Positions 46,301 through 53,368 of a DNA stretch of 60,858 bases are shown piece by piece. Below the pieces are notes generated by a model. The model did no database searches. It saw only the letters and a list, made by a program, of their open reading frames with translations, and was not told where the DNA came from. Position 1 is the first letter of the stretch. Each line of letters opens with the position of its first letter. The stretch spans positions 1 through 60,858 of the forward strand of contig DAPV01000022.1 in assembly GCA_002502625.1 (NCBI GenBank), in the 5' to 3' direction. This stretch comes from Euryarchaeota archaeon UBA125 (GTDB lineage: Archaea; Thermoplasmatota; Poseidoniia; Poseidoniales; Thalassarchaeaceae). The translations under genes and the position numbers were made by a program.

Positions 46301-48873
46301 AACCTCTAGATATTCAAGGCAGAAGTATCATTGTTACTGACGATGCCTGGGGAATTGCAGGTACGTTATGTGATGCTTTAGAAAATAAGGGCATAGAAGC
46401 TGTACGTGTATTCTTAGATCCTAGTGTGACGAATGGCCCTATCAGAGAAAGAGATGGTGAAGTAGACGTTATTCGAGTTGCACCTGCTGATGAAGAACAG
46501 ATATCTGAATTAGGAGAAATTGTTCGTTCTATCGCCCCACCTGCCGGAATTATTCATCTCGCACCTGTCCGATTAGCAGGTGTTCCTTGGGAAGATCCTA
46601 CAACAAGATCTCATCTCGATTATTCAGTAACTGCATTATTCGGAATCCTCAAATGTTTGGATAGTGATTTGAAGGATGCAGATTCTGGATTAATAGCCTC
46701 AGTTTCTGCATTGGATGGAAGGCACGGTGTTGAAGGAGCTCGATTTAATTCGATTTCAGCAGGAGCACATGGAGGAGTGAAAAGTTATGGCCGAGAACGC
46801 CCTAATTTGAGAAGCAGAGCTATCGATTTAGATCCTAGCCTATTAACTGAACCAGAAACATTAGCAGAAATGTTGCTAACAGAAATTTTCGAGCAAGAAA
46901 CACCTAGAGAGTTGGCTGTGGATAAAGATGGGTCGCGATATCGTTTGAGTCTATTTGAAGAAGAATTAGAAGATTCAATATTATCGCTCTCTTCTGATGA
47001 TGTATGGGTTGTATCTGGTGGGGGCGCAGGAGTAACCGCAGCATGTATTATTGAGACTGCAAGGGTGTCAGAAGATGCTGGAGCCAGATTTATTCTTCTA
47101 GGACGTTCGAAATTAAATGCAGATCAAGCATCGTTGGTGAATTCTTCAGATGAAGTTCTTGAACAAGAAAAGAATGCTCTACGTGAAAGGATGATTGAAG
47201 AAAAAGGTGAGAAAGTTTCTCTCAAGGAATGGAATCATCAGTGGAGTAAATGGCTTCGTGGTTTAGAGATTCATAAAACTCTTGAGTCAATCCGTTTAAC
47301 TGGAAACGAAGCGATATATCTTAGCGTAGATGTTACAGATTCAGAAACAACAAGAGAAATACTTCGAGGAGTTAGTGAAAATCTAGGTCCTGTTACTGGA
47401 ATAGTACATGGAGCCGGAATTGAAGATTCAACACCGTTTGAAAGAAAAGAATCCTCTACTATGGAACGAGTCCTTTCTGTAAAGGTAGATGGATGGAGAA
47501 ATATTGTTACCGCATTAGAATCTGATCTACCGAATATGAGATTCCTTTGTTCATTTACAAGTATTGCAGGACGACAGGGTAATGCAATGCAGTTTGGTTA
47601 CTGTGCCGCTAATCAGATTTTGGATGTTGAGATGGCCAGGATTGCAGCACACGAGGAAGCCCCTCGTGCAGTTGCGATTGCTTGGGCGCCTTGGGGTGAC
47701 ATCGGAATGGCAACACGAGGGTCTCTTGAGACAATCTTTGAGCGTGCAGGAATCGATATGATCCCATCTGATCAGGGGGCTTCGAGATTTGTTGATGAGG
47801 CTCTTAGAGGAGGGAATAGAATGGTAATGATTTCTGGTTCTTTAGGAGAACTAGATGACGAAGAATCAACGCGTCTTCCTTCACAACCATTACCTGAAGA
47901 AATTTCTGAGCTTATTTCTGAACCGTTGTCCTTCCCATTTGTTAATCGTGTAGAATCAATAGAGCCATTTTCTAACGTAATGATTTCTTCTGTTTTAGAT
48001 GTTAATTCTCATCCATATTTGATTGATCATGCAATTGATGGTGTTGCATATATGCCTGGCGTTATGGCAATGGAGGCATTTGCTGAAGCAGCACGAACTA
48101 TGTGGCCAATGTGTGTAGTAGATGGTTTTGAGGATGTGGAATTTGGTCTTCCAGTAAAGGTCACTAAAGACTCGAAATCGATTAGGATTACAGCATCATT
48201 TGAAAGACAAGATGACAATCATATCTGGATACAATGTAGTTTAGAGACAGATTTGATGAATTCTAAAGGAGAGGTGTTTGGAGATCCTAAATCTCATCAC
48301 AAGGGTGCAGTTAGGATGTTGAAGACAGGTGGTCTAGCTGAAAGAGTTGAAGCCATTGATTTGGGAGAAGTCAATTCTGGTTCAGCAATTCATGGCCCTA
48401 AATTTGTTTATGATAGAATGTTCCATGGTCCAAGATTCCAAGTTCATGGTGGAATAATTGGAGGGATTTATGTTAATGGCGACAGAGGTTTAGATTCACA
48501 TGCACTTTCACGTGATGAATTACCTAAGACTGATTTGTTTGCAGAAGAAGTAGGCGGTAAACAGATGAGGCTAGAATCACTTCCTATGTTGGTTGAGGCC
48601 TGTTTCCAGAATGCTGGACTAGTATCAATGGAAATAGACGGATTAGAATCATTACCAGTTGGAATTCAACATGTAGATATTGATGTTGAATCATTCAAGA
48701 CTCCATTACGAATTAGATCCGTCCGTCGTTCAATTTCTGAAGATGGCGTAACAACTCATGATGCGATTATTGTGAATGAAAATGATGCTGTTGTGATTCA
48801 ACTCAAAGGTCTTCAATTGAAAGGAATGGCGCCATTAACTGATAATCAGCGATTTACGTTTACTGATATTTGA
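40333..48873 (+). CDS. type I FAS/PKS-like megasynthase, PUFA-synthase (PfaA)-related: KS-AT-ACP-like-KS-ACP-ACP-KR-DH
   Basis: See the domain features below. Catalytic residues were located by me from coordinates. Single uninterrupted 2846-codon ORF with a GAGGTGA SD site 4 nt before the ATG. Confidence 0.95.
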   Translation: MQLDESPQDPFEPVAIVGLGAILPDSDDAETFWQNVINANVSIENVPEDRWIVSDHWQEGGPKNIPEGKTYSRIGAFVKDFEFDWKRWRVPPGTLSQIDLSQQWAVAVSAAALENAGYLGDEAEREIPNSRTGVVFANALGGENRNLSNHRVWADSFARKAVEAGMPEDSVDVFKESITEGLPRVDEDTMPGELANVVAGRVANLLDLQGPNYATDAACASTFAAVMDACHLLQSRQVDLMIAGASDRTMDPATFAKFSAIGALSPSHSTPFDASANGFVMGEGATAFVLKRLDDALGDDDTIYAVIRGIGASSDGRGKGITAPSTRGQIQALCRAYQQAGYGPNSVELIEAHGTSTVVGDATELTSLAEIFGEKTQVGSVAVGSIKSQIGHLKAAAGGAGLLKAVFALHHRTIPPSAGFSEPNQSLDWQKIPFFVPVEPLDWPKPKSHPRRASVSAFGFGGTNFHCALEQFDSDFHSSLVSEWKLRRDAYLMRPKAGFSDNVLNSVLKKYGIEDKEAFLNHAANFDSDDNEYLNRKELTAAADAYSKNDSGMDWGELKSIEGGLLLLNAKDSSSLIESIASLSSEFFDGSSNFDSDPNGKRLSSILPNISKNFEAKGIRLGIVANSWEILEKRMKMASSSLEDPSKWEFLAKQFIFISDSPPNQDQLLAHMYPGQGSQYVGMTYDLSKRFRIISETWKEADIVMNKIIGEPLSEFVLRSNLTENENAEAEEKLKQTEYTQPAMLTADLAIERLLNQHGIHPDMVAGHSLGEYAALMVSGILRFEDALKAAAARGTEMGSVDVPDKGIMASITAPYDVIESVLDSVDGYVIAANKNSPNMTVIAGETEPMREAMKKFEEGGATVIQLQTSHAFHSRIVAPANEPLRRFLEGLEISLPSIPVTANVDGSFYPDSVSEDEEVKDVILEKLAPQMSSAVEWTSQVESMRDAGAKIYLEVGPKRALALFTGQILDEHECIVNITNHPKAGGITSFFGALGMLAVAGRCPEIHSLSSEIHTAEFSAGPIETSLQNNVVRHSLEEESLRIRARPLPNGSVSTSIKNSESNVSVSSSNVMETEFQASRRISTSIAEIFSEHVGFPSSVLIGAVSLSEIGLSSEARSSIVNEIQSKFQVRTSDHSSFTTIQDFTDWIEVIPQMKSSTLDSTVLEKISSDPPVVSGVSLGLPGLSEVFDSEGWDAILSGKNLISELPDDMKEKLLSKRIVRLVKEEDGTANLVPADSVETIPQLAGRGGHFDLSEQYGIDPHLVDAFDIATSLSFAAGLEALSDAGLPLIPVEQKNSAGKRMIRRWSLPDEEKDRTGVIFASVFPGLQKAIDHALNNGQVNNGHFDRKYLLQVLSMGHSQFANWIGARGPNLAINNACASTPAAFAIAEDWMATNRCDRVIIVSGDDSTGDTLMPWIGAGFAAAGAHAMGNDVEKVALPFDARRHGMLLGMGGAAFVLERNKDSRERGVTPYVEVLGAEIANSAFHPTRLDTEHAAQVMNRFVSRMENKWNLKRDSLVDDMTFMSHEPYTPPRGGSASAEVSSLRAVFGDGASRILITNGKGYTGHPMGVGLEDAIVIRGLAAGRLPPIANFSEPDPSLGELNLCTGGEHNLTYALRHGAGFGSQIALTFLRRIALSDTARFTPGKIESWVKRHTGSSSIHLRLLDRKLVAYLDPDEDLIGGVEGDEIHLESNIEYEEKPVKITETFVTQIDDTSVSEVQPEKSDSEPISTSENIVDSDIEASVLDVVAEATGYPSEFLELDADMEGELGIDSIKQAEIMAELRGRYGLPVDDSFQLREYPTLGHVIGYISSFGDASTHVVQSKLAELESEPPPLDNPVVESTNDEEKISQISESVVEGVVSVVVEHTGYPAEFLEMDADMEGELGIDSIKQAEIMADLREQFGIPVDEEFQLRDYPTLGHVISYIASFSQSDEQLETVVEPISIEHELEPEPSIVSSISQRGIETKQFDIQSKRYQIEVEQCEWSTSEPLDIQGRSIIVTDDAWGIAGTLCDALENKGIEAVRVFLDPSVTNGPIRERDGEVDVIRVAPADEEQISELGEIVRSIAPPAGIIHLAPVRLAGVPWEDPTTRSHLDYSVTALFGILKCLDSDLKDADSGLIASVSALDGRHGVEGARFNSISAGAHGGVKSYGRERPNLRSRAIDLDPSLLTEPETLAEMLLTEIFEQETPRELAVDKDGSRYRLSLFEEELEDSILSLSSDDVWVVSGGGAGVTAACIIETARVSEDAGARFILLGRSKLNADQASLVNSSDEVLEQEKNALRERMIEEKGEKVSLKEWNHQWSKWLRGLEIHKTLESIRLTGNEAIYLSVDVTDSETTREILRGVSENLGPVTGIVHGAGIEDSTPFERKESSTMERVLSVKVDGWRNIVTALESDLPNMRFLCSFTSIAGRQGNAMQFGYCAANQILDVEMARIAAHEEAPRAVAIAWAPWGDIGMATRGSLETIFERAGIDMIPSDQGASRFVDEALRGGNRMVMISGSLGELDDEESTRLPSQPLPEEISELISEPLSFPFVNRVESIEPFSNVMISSVLDVNSHPYLIDHAIDGVAYMPGVMAMEAFAEAARTMWPMCVVDGFEDVEFGLPVKVTKDSKSIRITASFERQDDNHIWIQCSLETDLMNSKGEVFGDPKSHHKGAVRMLKTGGLAERVEAIDLGEVNSGSAIHGPKFVYDRMFHGPRFQVHGGIIGGIYVNGDRGLDSHALSRDELPKTDLFAEEVGGKQMRLESLPMLVEACFQNAGLVSMEIDGLESLPVGIQHVDIDVESFKTPLRIRSVRRSISEDGVTTHDAIIVNENDAVVIQLKGLQLKGMAPLTDNQRFTFTDI
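40366..41748 (+). other. KS domain 1 (approximate bounds)
   Basis: DAACAST with Cys219 (40987-40989), EAHGTST His353, SQIGHLKAAAG His392 and GFGGTNFH. Confidence 0.85.
42340..43230 (+). other. acyltransferase (malonyl-CoA:ACP type) domain (approximate bounds)
   Basis: YPGQGSQYVGM, GHSLGEYAAL with Ser769 (42637-42639), and TSHAFHSRIV. Confidence 0.85.
43579..43785 (+). other. ACP-like segment with non-canonical GLSS in place of G(L/I)DS
   Basis: IAEIFSEHVGFPSSVLIGAVSLSEIGLSSEARSSIVNEIQSKF. The candidate attachment residue is Ser1115 (43675-43677). The Asp preceding the Ser is replaced by Ser. Confidence 0.45.
43846..45240 (+). other. KS domain 2 (approximate bounds)
   Basis: INNACASTPAA with Cys1379 (44467-44469), SHEPYTPP His1527, GYTGHPMGVG His1567 and GAGFGSQ. 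Confidence 0.75.
45550..46125 (+). repeat. in-frame tandem duplication encoding two ACP domains (period 348 nt)
   Basis: Both copies contain DADMEGELGIDSIKQAEIMA(E/D)LR...FQLR(E/D)YPTLGHVI. Attachment residues are Ser1774 (45652-45654) and Ser1890 (46000-46002). The nucleotide copies are clearly alignable with many synonymous differences. Confidence 0.9.
46996..47840 (+). other. ketoreductase catalytic subdomain (approximate; a Rossmann-like structural subdomain lies upstream from about 46300)
   Basis: VVSGGGAGVTAACI, IVHGAGI, SFTSIAGRQGN and GYCAAN with Tyr2423 (47599-47601). Confidence 0.8.
47930..48870 (+). other. PKS-type dehydratase (double hotdog) domain
   Basis: HPYLIDHAIDGVAYMPGV is the HxxxGxxxxP motif with His2566 (48028-48030). 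Downstream FHGPRFQ is similar to the DH motif. Confidence 0.75.
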
Positions 48874-48882
48874 GGGATCATT

Positions 48883-49530
48883 ATGGCAGTAAATGCTTGG
48901 ACTCCTTTGCATGATCCCATTTTTCTAGATATTGAAGCAGGGATGTTTTGTTCATTGTTAGAGATTCCAAGAATTCCCAGAGAAGTTTCATTCGAAGAAA
49001 TTTCGTTCACTAGCTCAAATTTTGAATCTATGACTCCTAGTAGAAGAGAACAACACGCTGCTGGACGATATTGTTTGAATTCTCTTATCAACAAGGCTGA
49101 AATTCAGTATGGAATAATTTCTGAAAATTTTCCTTTGACGATTCAAACAAAAACGGGAATTAAACCTCTGAGTATTTCACATTGTGATTCCATCGCAGTT
49201 GCAGTATTAGGGGTAAATAGTGAGTCGATTGGAGTTGATATTGAATCTAAAGATAGAAGTATTTCAACTGCAATTCTTGATCAATTCTGCTCGCCTAAAG
49301 AAATTAAACATTTAATGAATGCAAGTCATACTGAGAGACTAGAAATATGGATGGTAAAAGAGGCTGTTTCCAAGGCAACAGGTGATGGGATGTCAATTGC
49401 TAAAGAAGTAGCAATTGTAGGTGATAATGCGTATTATCAGTCTTCAGTTTTTAGTATAATTAGACATGAGTATAAAGGGTATAACATAGTAGTCGCTATC
49501 GATTATTCTGATTCATCAATGGATAGTTGA
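48883..49530 (+). CDS. 4'-phosphopantetheinyl transferase, Sfp type
   Basis: GVDIESKDR (metal-binding Asp/Glu) and WMVKEAVSKATG (WxxKEAxxK). Starts 9 nt after the megasynthase stop. Confidence 0.8.
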   Translation: MAVNAWTPLHDPIFLDIEAGMFCSLLEIPRIPREVSFEEISFTSSNFESMTPSRREQHAAGRYCLNSLINKAEIQYGIISENFPLTIQTKTGIKPLSISHCDSIAVAVLGVNSESIGVDIESKDRSISTAILDQFCSPKEIKHLMNASHTERLEIWMVKEAVSKATGDGMSIAKEVAIVGDNAYYQSSVFSIIRHEYKGYNIVVAIDYSDSSMDS

Positions 49531-49718
49531 ACCTGTTCTCTTGAAGGAATTAAAACTAGTAAGATACCGATGATGAATAAGCAGCACATCCATGTAACGA
49601 AATCTCCGGGAACTTTGTCACTTGGTGTTGCCCCCTCCAATAAACTGAGATAGAGTCCTGAATTCGTTGGAAGAAAAAGGAAAAGCATCGCCAATCCTAG
49701 AATTTGTCGGGGCTTCAT
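49503..49718 (-). CDS. possible small two-TM membrane protein
   Basis: 71-aa ORF with two hydrophobic helices. It overlaps the PPTase 3' end by 28 nt. No other support. Confidence 0.25.
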   Translation of the reverse strand: MKPRQILGLAMLFLFLPTNSGLYLSLLEGATPSDKVPGDFVTWMCCLFIIGILLVLIPSREQVQLSIDESE

Positions 49719-49759
49719 GCCACTTCGAGGAATCGGTTGTTCATCAAGCGTGTGATTGG

Positions 49760-49834
49760 TGGTGCGCCCGCCGGGATTTGAACCCGGGACAAGAGGTTGG
49801 AAACCTCTTGTGATAACCCCTTCACTACAGGCGC
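49760..49834 (-). tRNA. tRNA-Gly (anticodon UCC), CCA encoded
   Basis: Hand-folded on the minus strand. Acceptor GCGCCUG/CGGGCGC (one U-G), D arm GUGA-AGGGGUUA-UCAC, anticodon arm AGAGG-UUUCCAA-CCUCU, variable UGUC, T arm CCGGG-UUCAAAU-CCCGG, then discriminator A and CCA. Confidence 0.9.
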
Positions 49835-49931
49835 GTAACCATAGCGAATCGTTACAGGGTCTTATTCGATTCGGTTGTACTGATTATGGTTAAAGACGAA
49901 TCTTCTTGAGGCGATTCAATATCCTGAAGGT

Positions 49932-50723
49932 ATGAGACAGGTCAAAGCATCGAATATTCCAGTAATTCCAGAAGATTGTCTTTTGATTCCATTATTTCCT
50001 CTTGGTGCATTAATGCCAGGTGAACAAATGCCATTGAGAATTTTTGAACCAAGATATAAGCAGATGTTAGATGATTGTGTTTTAGGAAATGGAATGTTTG
50101 GGATTTTACCTGAAAATCCTGATAGTGGCCGGATTAGAGGTTGGCTCTCTCCCTCATCTTTCGGTTGTATTGCAGAAATATCAAATTTACACGAGATAGG
50201 TTCTAATCTTCATTTAATGGCTATAGGAATTACTCGATTCGAACTCCTTGAAGTTCTAGAACCAGCTTTGGATGCAGAGGATTTTGGCGATGCTTTCCCT
50301 TCTGTTGATGAATTAATTGAAGATTTTATTGATGATATCCCAGATGGTAAATTGTATCTCCGTGGAGTTGTCAGGCCTATTCCTCCACCCTCAGGATCTA
50401 TTGAAGGAGAACGATGGAATCGATTATTGGTAGAATGGTCTCAACATATTGTTTCAGTTGCATCTACATTTGGAGGAATAGAACTTGAACAACTAGATAT
50501 TCTCGAACAATTATCCTCGACATTTGGTAACCCAACTCCTGATGCGTTATTCAGTGCAGCGTCGTCTGTGGTTCAAGATTTAGATTTACAGATGACTGTT
50601 TTGAGTACAGATAAATTAGATGAGATTGCAGACGTAATAGAGACTTCCATTCGAAATGCTCAAGCCAGATTACGATTTATTGGTCAAATGATTGAAGATA
50701 CTTCAATTTTTGAGGAAGAATAG
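49932..50723 (+). CDS. LON N-terminal (substrate-binding) domain protein
   Basis: PLFPLGALMPGEQMPLRIFEPRYKQM is the hallmark start of the LON/PUA-like N-domain. There is no ATPase or protease domain. Confidence 0.7.
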   Translation: MRQVKASNIPVIPEDCLLIPLFPLGALMPGEQMPLRIFEPRYKQMLDDCVLGNGMFGILPENPDSGRIRGWLSPSSFGCIAEISNLHEIGSNLHLMAIGITRFELLEVLEPALDAEDFGDAFPSVDELIEDFIDDIPDGKLYLRGVVRPIPPPSGSIEGERWNRLLVEWSQHIVSVASTFGGIELEQLDILEQLSSTFGNPTPDALFSAASSVVQDLDLQMTVLSTDKLDEIADVIETSIRNAQARLRFIGQMIEDTSIFEEE

Positions 50724-50772
50724 AGGACACGGGTTCAAATGCCTTCGATTACCGCCCTAAACTGGTGATAGT

Positions 50773-52626
50773 ATGTCTGAAGATGGAATTGCTCTTGATT
50801 CATCAGATTTAGGAGATGATGATCAAATCGTCGGTAGGAAAATCTACCGAATTATCCCCTACATTTTTGCTTATTGGCAACGTGCTCTTGGTGGGTTACT
50901 CGCAAATATTGGTGCACGTGCTTTTGACCTAATTCCATTCATAGCAATTGGGATGGCTGCAGATTATTATAACCCCAATAACTCACAGTTCACAGATTCG
51001 ACTGTAGAACGTATAGTTTCCTCAGATATCCTCCCAAGTATTGGACCAATTGGTTCTATTGAATTTGGATTTGGACTTTTAATACTTATTTCGTTCACAG
51101 CTCTTGCTATTTTTCAAGGATTAAGTAACCAATTCTGGCAATCGATTGCATACAAGGCTCAACATGATATTCGAATGGATGCGACCATGTCTTTGATGGA
51201 AATGGAGGCATCTTATTTTGAGACTCGCCAGACTGGTAATTTAATGTCAGTTTTGTCTGCTGATGTTGCTCAGTTAGAGGATGTGATTTCGGATTCTAGT
51301 ACCAGTATTATTCGAATTATTACTACTTTTGTCACAGCATTTGCAATCTTATTCTGGATGTCTCCTAGACTCTGTATGATATTGTTTGGCCCTCTAGTTC
51401 TTATTGTTCCAATGGTGGTCTGGTTTTCCACTAGAGTTCAGCGAAGATACAGAAAACAACGTGAAAGTACTGGGGGGATTGTAGCTATTCTTGAAAATGT
51501 TCTTTCAGGAATTACAGTTGTTAAGGCATACAATGCAACATCATTCGAGAGAGAACGGATAGATGGTCAAAGTGGTGATTATCGAGATCAAGCAATACAG
51601 GCTGCATTCATCAGAAATCGATTTATTCCCGGGATATATGTTGTTGCTGGTTTATCATTTGGAATGTTAGTTTCAGCAGGAGGATGGATTTTGAATTCTG
51701 GAGAAATTTCAGTCGGTCAATTCGTTACCTTCCTATTAATTTCTACTAGAATGACAATGCCTCTTTTCATTCTTGGTTTATTGATGAATCAACTTCAGAG
51801 AGGTGAGGCCGCTGCCCGTAGAGTATTTGCGCTAATCGATCTTGAACCCTCTATTACTGATTCTGAAGAGGCTAAGAATTTAGATGAGCCAATTACATCA
51901 ATATCATTCGACGGAGTTACCTTTGCATATCCTGGAACCTCTCCTAATGTCTTGAACAATGTATCATTCAATGTTGATTCAGGAGGATTCTTGGGAATTA
52001 TGGGTCACACTGGAGCCGGAAAGTCAACAATTCTAAAGTTAGTTGAAAAATTCTACCAGCCTCAGTCAGGTGCGGTGAAAATTAATGGAAAAGAGATATC
52101 AGAATATACAATCAAATCAATTCGTTCTCGATTTGGATTTGTAAGTCAAGACCCCTTCTTATTTTTTGGGAGTATTAGGGAGAATGTCGCTTATGCTCGG
52201 GAAGTATCAGATGAGGAAGTAATTGCTTCATTGAAGACTGCAGGTGCTTGGGAATTTGTTTCTGAACTTGAAGAGGGTATGGATTCCATGGTAGGTGATC
52301 GTGGTGTCCGTCTTTCAGGTGGACAGAGAGCTAGAATTAGTCTGGCAAGAGCACTTCTAATGAATCCAGATGTATTGATTTTAGATGAAGCATCAGCTGC
52401 ATTAGATGCTGAGACTGAAAAGAGGATTCAAGAATCCTTATTCAAATTAAATGGAGGTAATCGGTTGACAATTGCAGTTGCTCATAGATTAGCAACTATT
52501 CGAAACGCCGATGAGATTATTTCTATGGTAGATGGCGTAATTGTTGAAAGAGGAACTCATGAATACTTAATCTCCTCAGATGGAGTATATGCCTCTCAGT
52601 GGCAAATACAAACTGGTGAAACTTAG
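50773..52626 (+). CDS. ABC exporter, fused permease/ATPase (ABCB/MsbA type)
   Basis: Six-TM N-terminal domain, Walker A GHTGAGKST, signature LSGGQRARI and Walker B LILDEASAALD. Confidence 0.92.
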   Translation: MSEDGIALDSSDLGDDDQIVGRKIYRIIPYIFAYWQRALGGLLANIGARAFDLIPFIAIGMAADYYNPNNSQFTDSTVERIVSSDILPSIGPIGSIEFGFGLLILISFTALAIFQGLSNQFWQSIAYKAQHDIRMDATMSLMEMEASYFETRQTGNLMSVLSADVAQLEDVISDSSTSIIRIITTFVTAFAILFWMSPRLCMILFGPLVLIVPMVVWFSTRVQRRYRKQRESTGGIVAILENVLSGITVVKAYNATSFERERIDGQSGDYRDQAIQAAFIRNRFIPGIYVVAGLSFGMLVSAGGWILNSGEISVGQFVTFLLISTRMTMPLFILGLLMNQLQRGEAAARRVFALIDLEPSITDSEEAKNLDEPITSISFDGVTFAYPGTSPNVLNNVSFNVDSGGFLGIMGHTGAGKSTILKLVEKFYQPQSGAVKINGKEISEYTIKSIRSRFGFVSQDPFLFFGSIRENVAYAREVSDEEVIASLKTAGAWEFVSELEEGMDSMVGDRGVRLSGGQRARISLARALLMNPDVLILDEASAALDAETEKRIQESLFKLNGGNRLTIAVAHRLATIRNADEIISMVDGVIVERGTHEYLISSDGVYASQWQIQTGET

Positions 52627-53364
52627 GTGGAATCAATGGATCCATCAGATATTATTTGGGTCTCAAATGATGGCGGAATAGTGACAATTGGCGGCAGTCG
52701 AAGAGGAGTACTTTTTGGACAGTTAGGTCCTAAACACGAGTGCTTTATTCCTAGTTTTGAGATCACTTCACGAGTTTTTACTATCAACGAAATCCAACAT
52801 ATGTTTTCTGGAGAAGGTTCAATCGAAGATATACTTCTTGGCCAATCTCTACGTTTACCAACTGAAGGAGAATGGGAATTAGCATTCAAAAATGAACAAC
52901 TTGAAACAACGGAAGGAATCGAAGTTTTAGTGGATAGAATTTCTGATAGAGGTTATTGGGGACAACCTACTGATGGACGCCCAAAAGGTCCACATGGAAT
53001 TCAGTGTATTCGAGATTGGAACACTGATAATGACGAAAAACCAATGTCTGGATTATTGTTCGAAGAAAACCATAATATTGTATTTAGATTAGTTCGTCAC
53101 AAAAATACCAACAAAAACTGGATCAATGATAGTGATACATTACCTACTGGTCCTGATCCAGTTAGAAGATTCGCTGAGGAGATAATCATTGCAACTACTT
53201 TAGGAATAATTCCCTCATTTGTTTGGGCATATTTCAATGCCAGTTCAGGGTATATCCGTGAGGGCTGGCCTGGTTTAGTTCTTGGAGGACTATTTATTGG
53301 GGTATTCAGTGCAATTTTCTGGCGACCCTCATATCCTATTTTCAAGAAATTAAAACAAGAATAG
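52627..53364 (+). CDS. membrane-anchored protein with FGE/SUMF1-like domain remnant
   Basis: RLPTEGEWELAF matches the RLPTEAEWE signature of formylglycine-generating-enzyme-fold domains. Two C-terminal TM helices. GTG start abuts the ABC stop. Confidence 0.45.
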   Translation: MESMDPSDIIWVSNDGGIVTIGGSRRGVLFGQLGPKHECFIPSFEITSRVFTINEIQHMFSGEGSIEDILLGQSLRLPTEGEWELAFKNEQLETTEGIEVLVDRISDRGYWGQPTDGRPKGPHGIQCIRDWNTDNDEKPMSGLLFEENHNIVFRLVRHKNTNKNWINDSDTLPTGPDPVRRFAEEIIIATTLGIIPSFVWAYFNASSGYIREGWPGLVLGGLFIGVFSAIFWRPSYPIFKKLKQE

Positions 53365-53368
53365 TGTT

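Noticed and set aside
39532-49530. The synthase operon as bacterial contamination of an archaeal bin
   Set aside because: It is contiguous with archaeal core genes on both sides. It shares the same low G+C, the same SD usage and tight gene spacing. Only an assembly chimera could explain contamination, and that needs read-level data, so it is listed as the refutation test rather than accepted.
50724-50772. GGGTTCAAATGCC and (39510-39527) GGTTAGTTCGATTCC as T-loop-like tRNA fragments
   Set aside because: There are no complementary T-stem halves, acceptor or anticodon arms around them. They are chance matches to the TTCAAAT/TTCGATT core.
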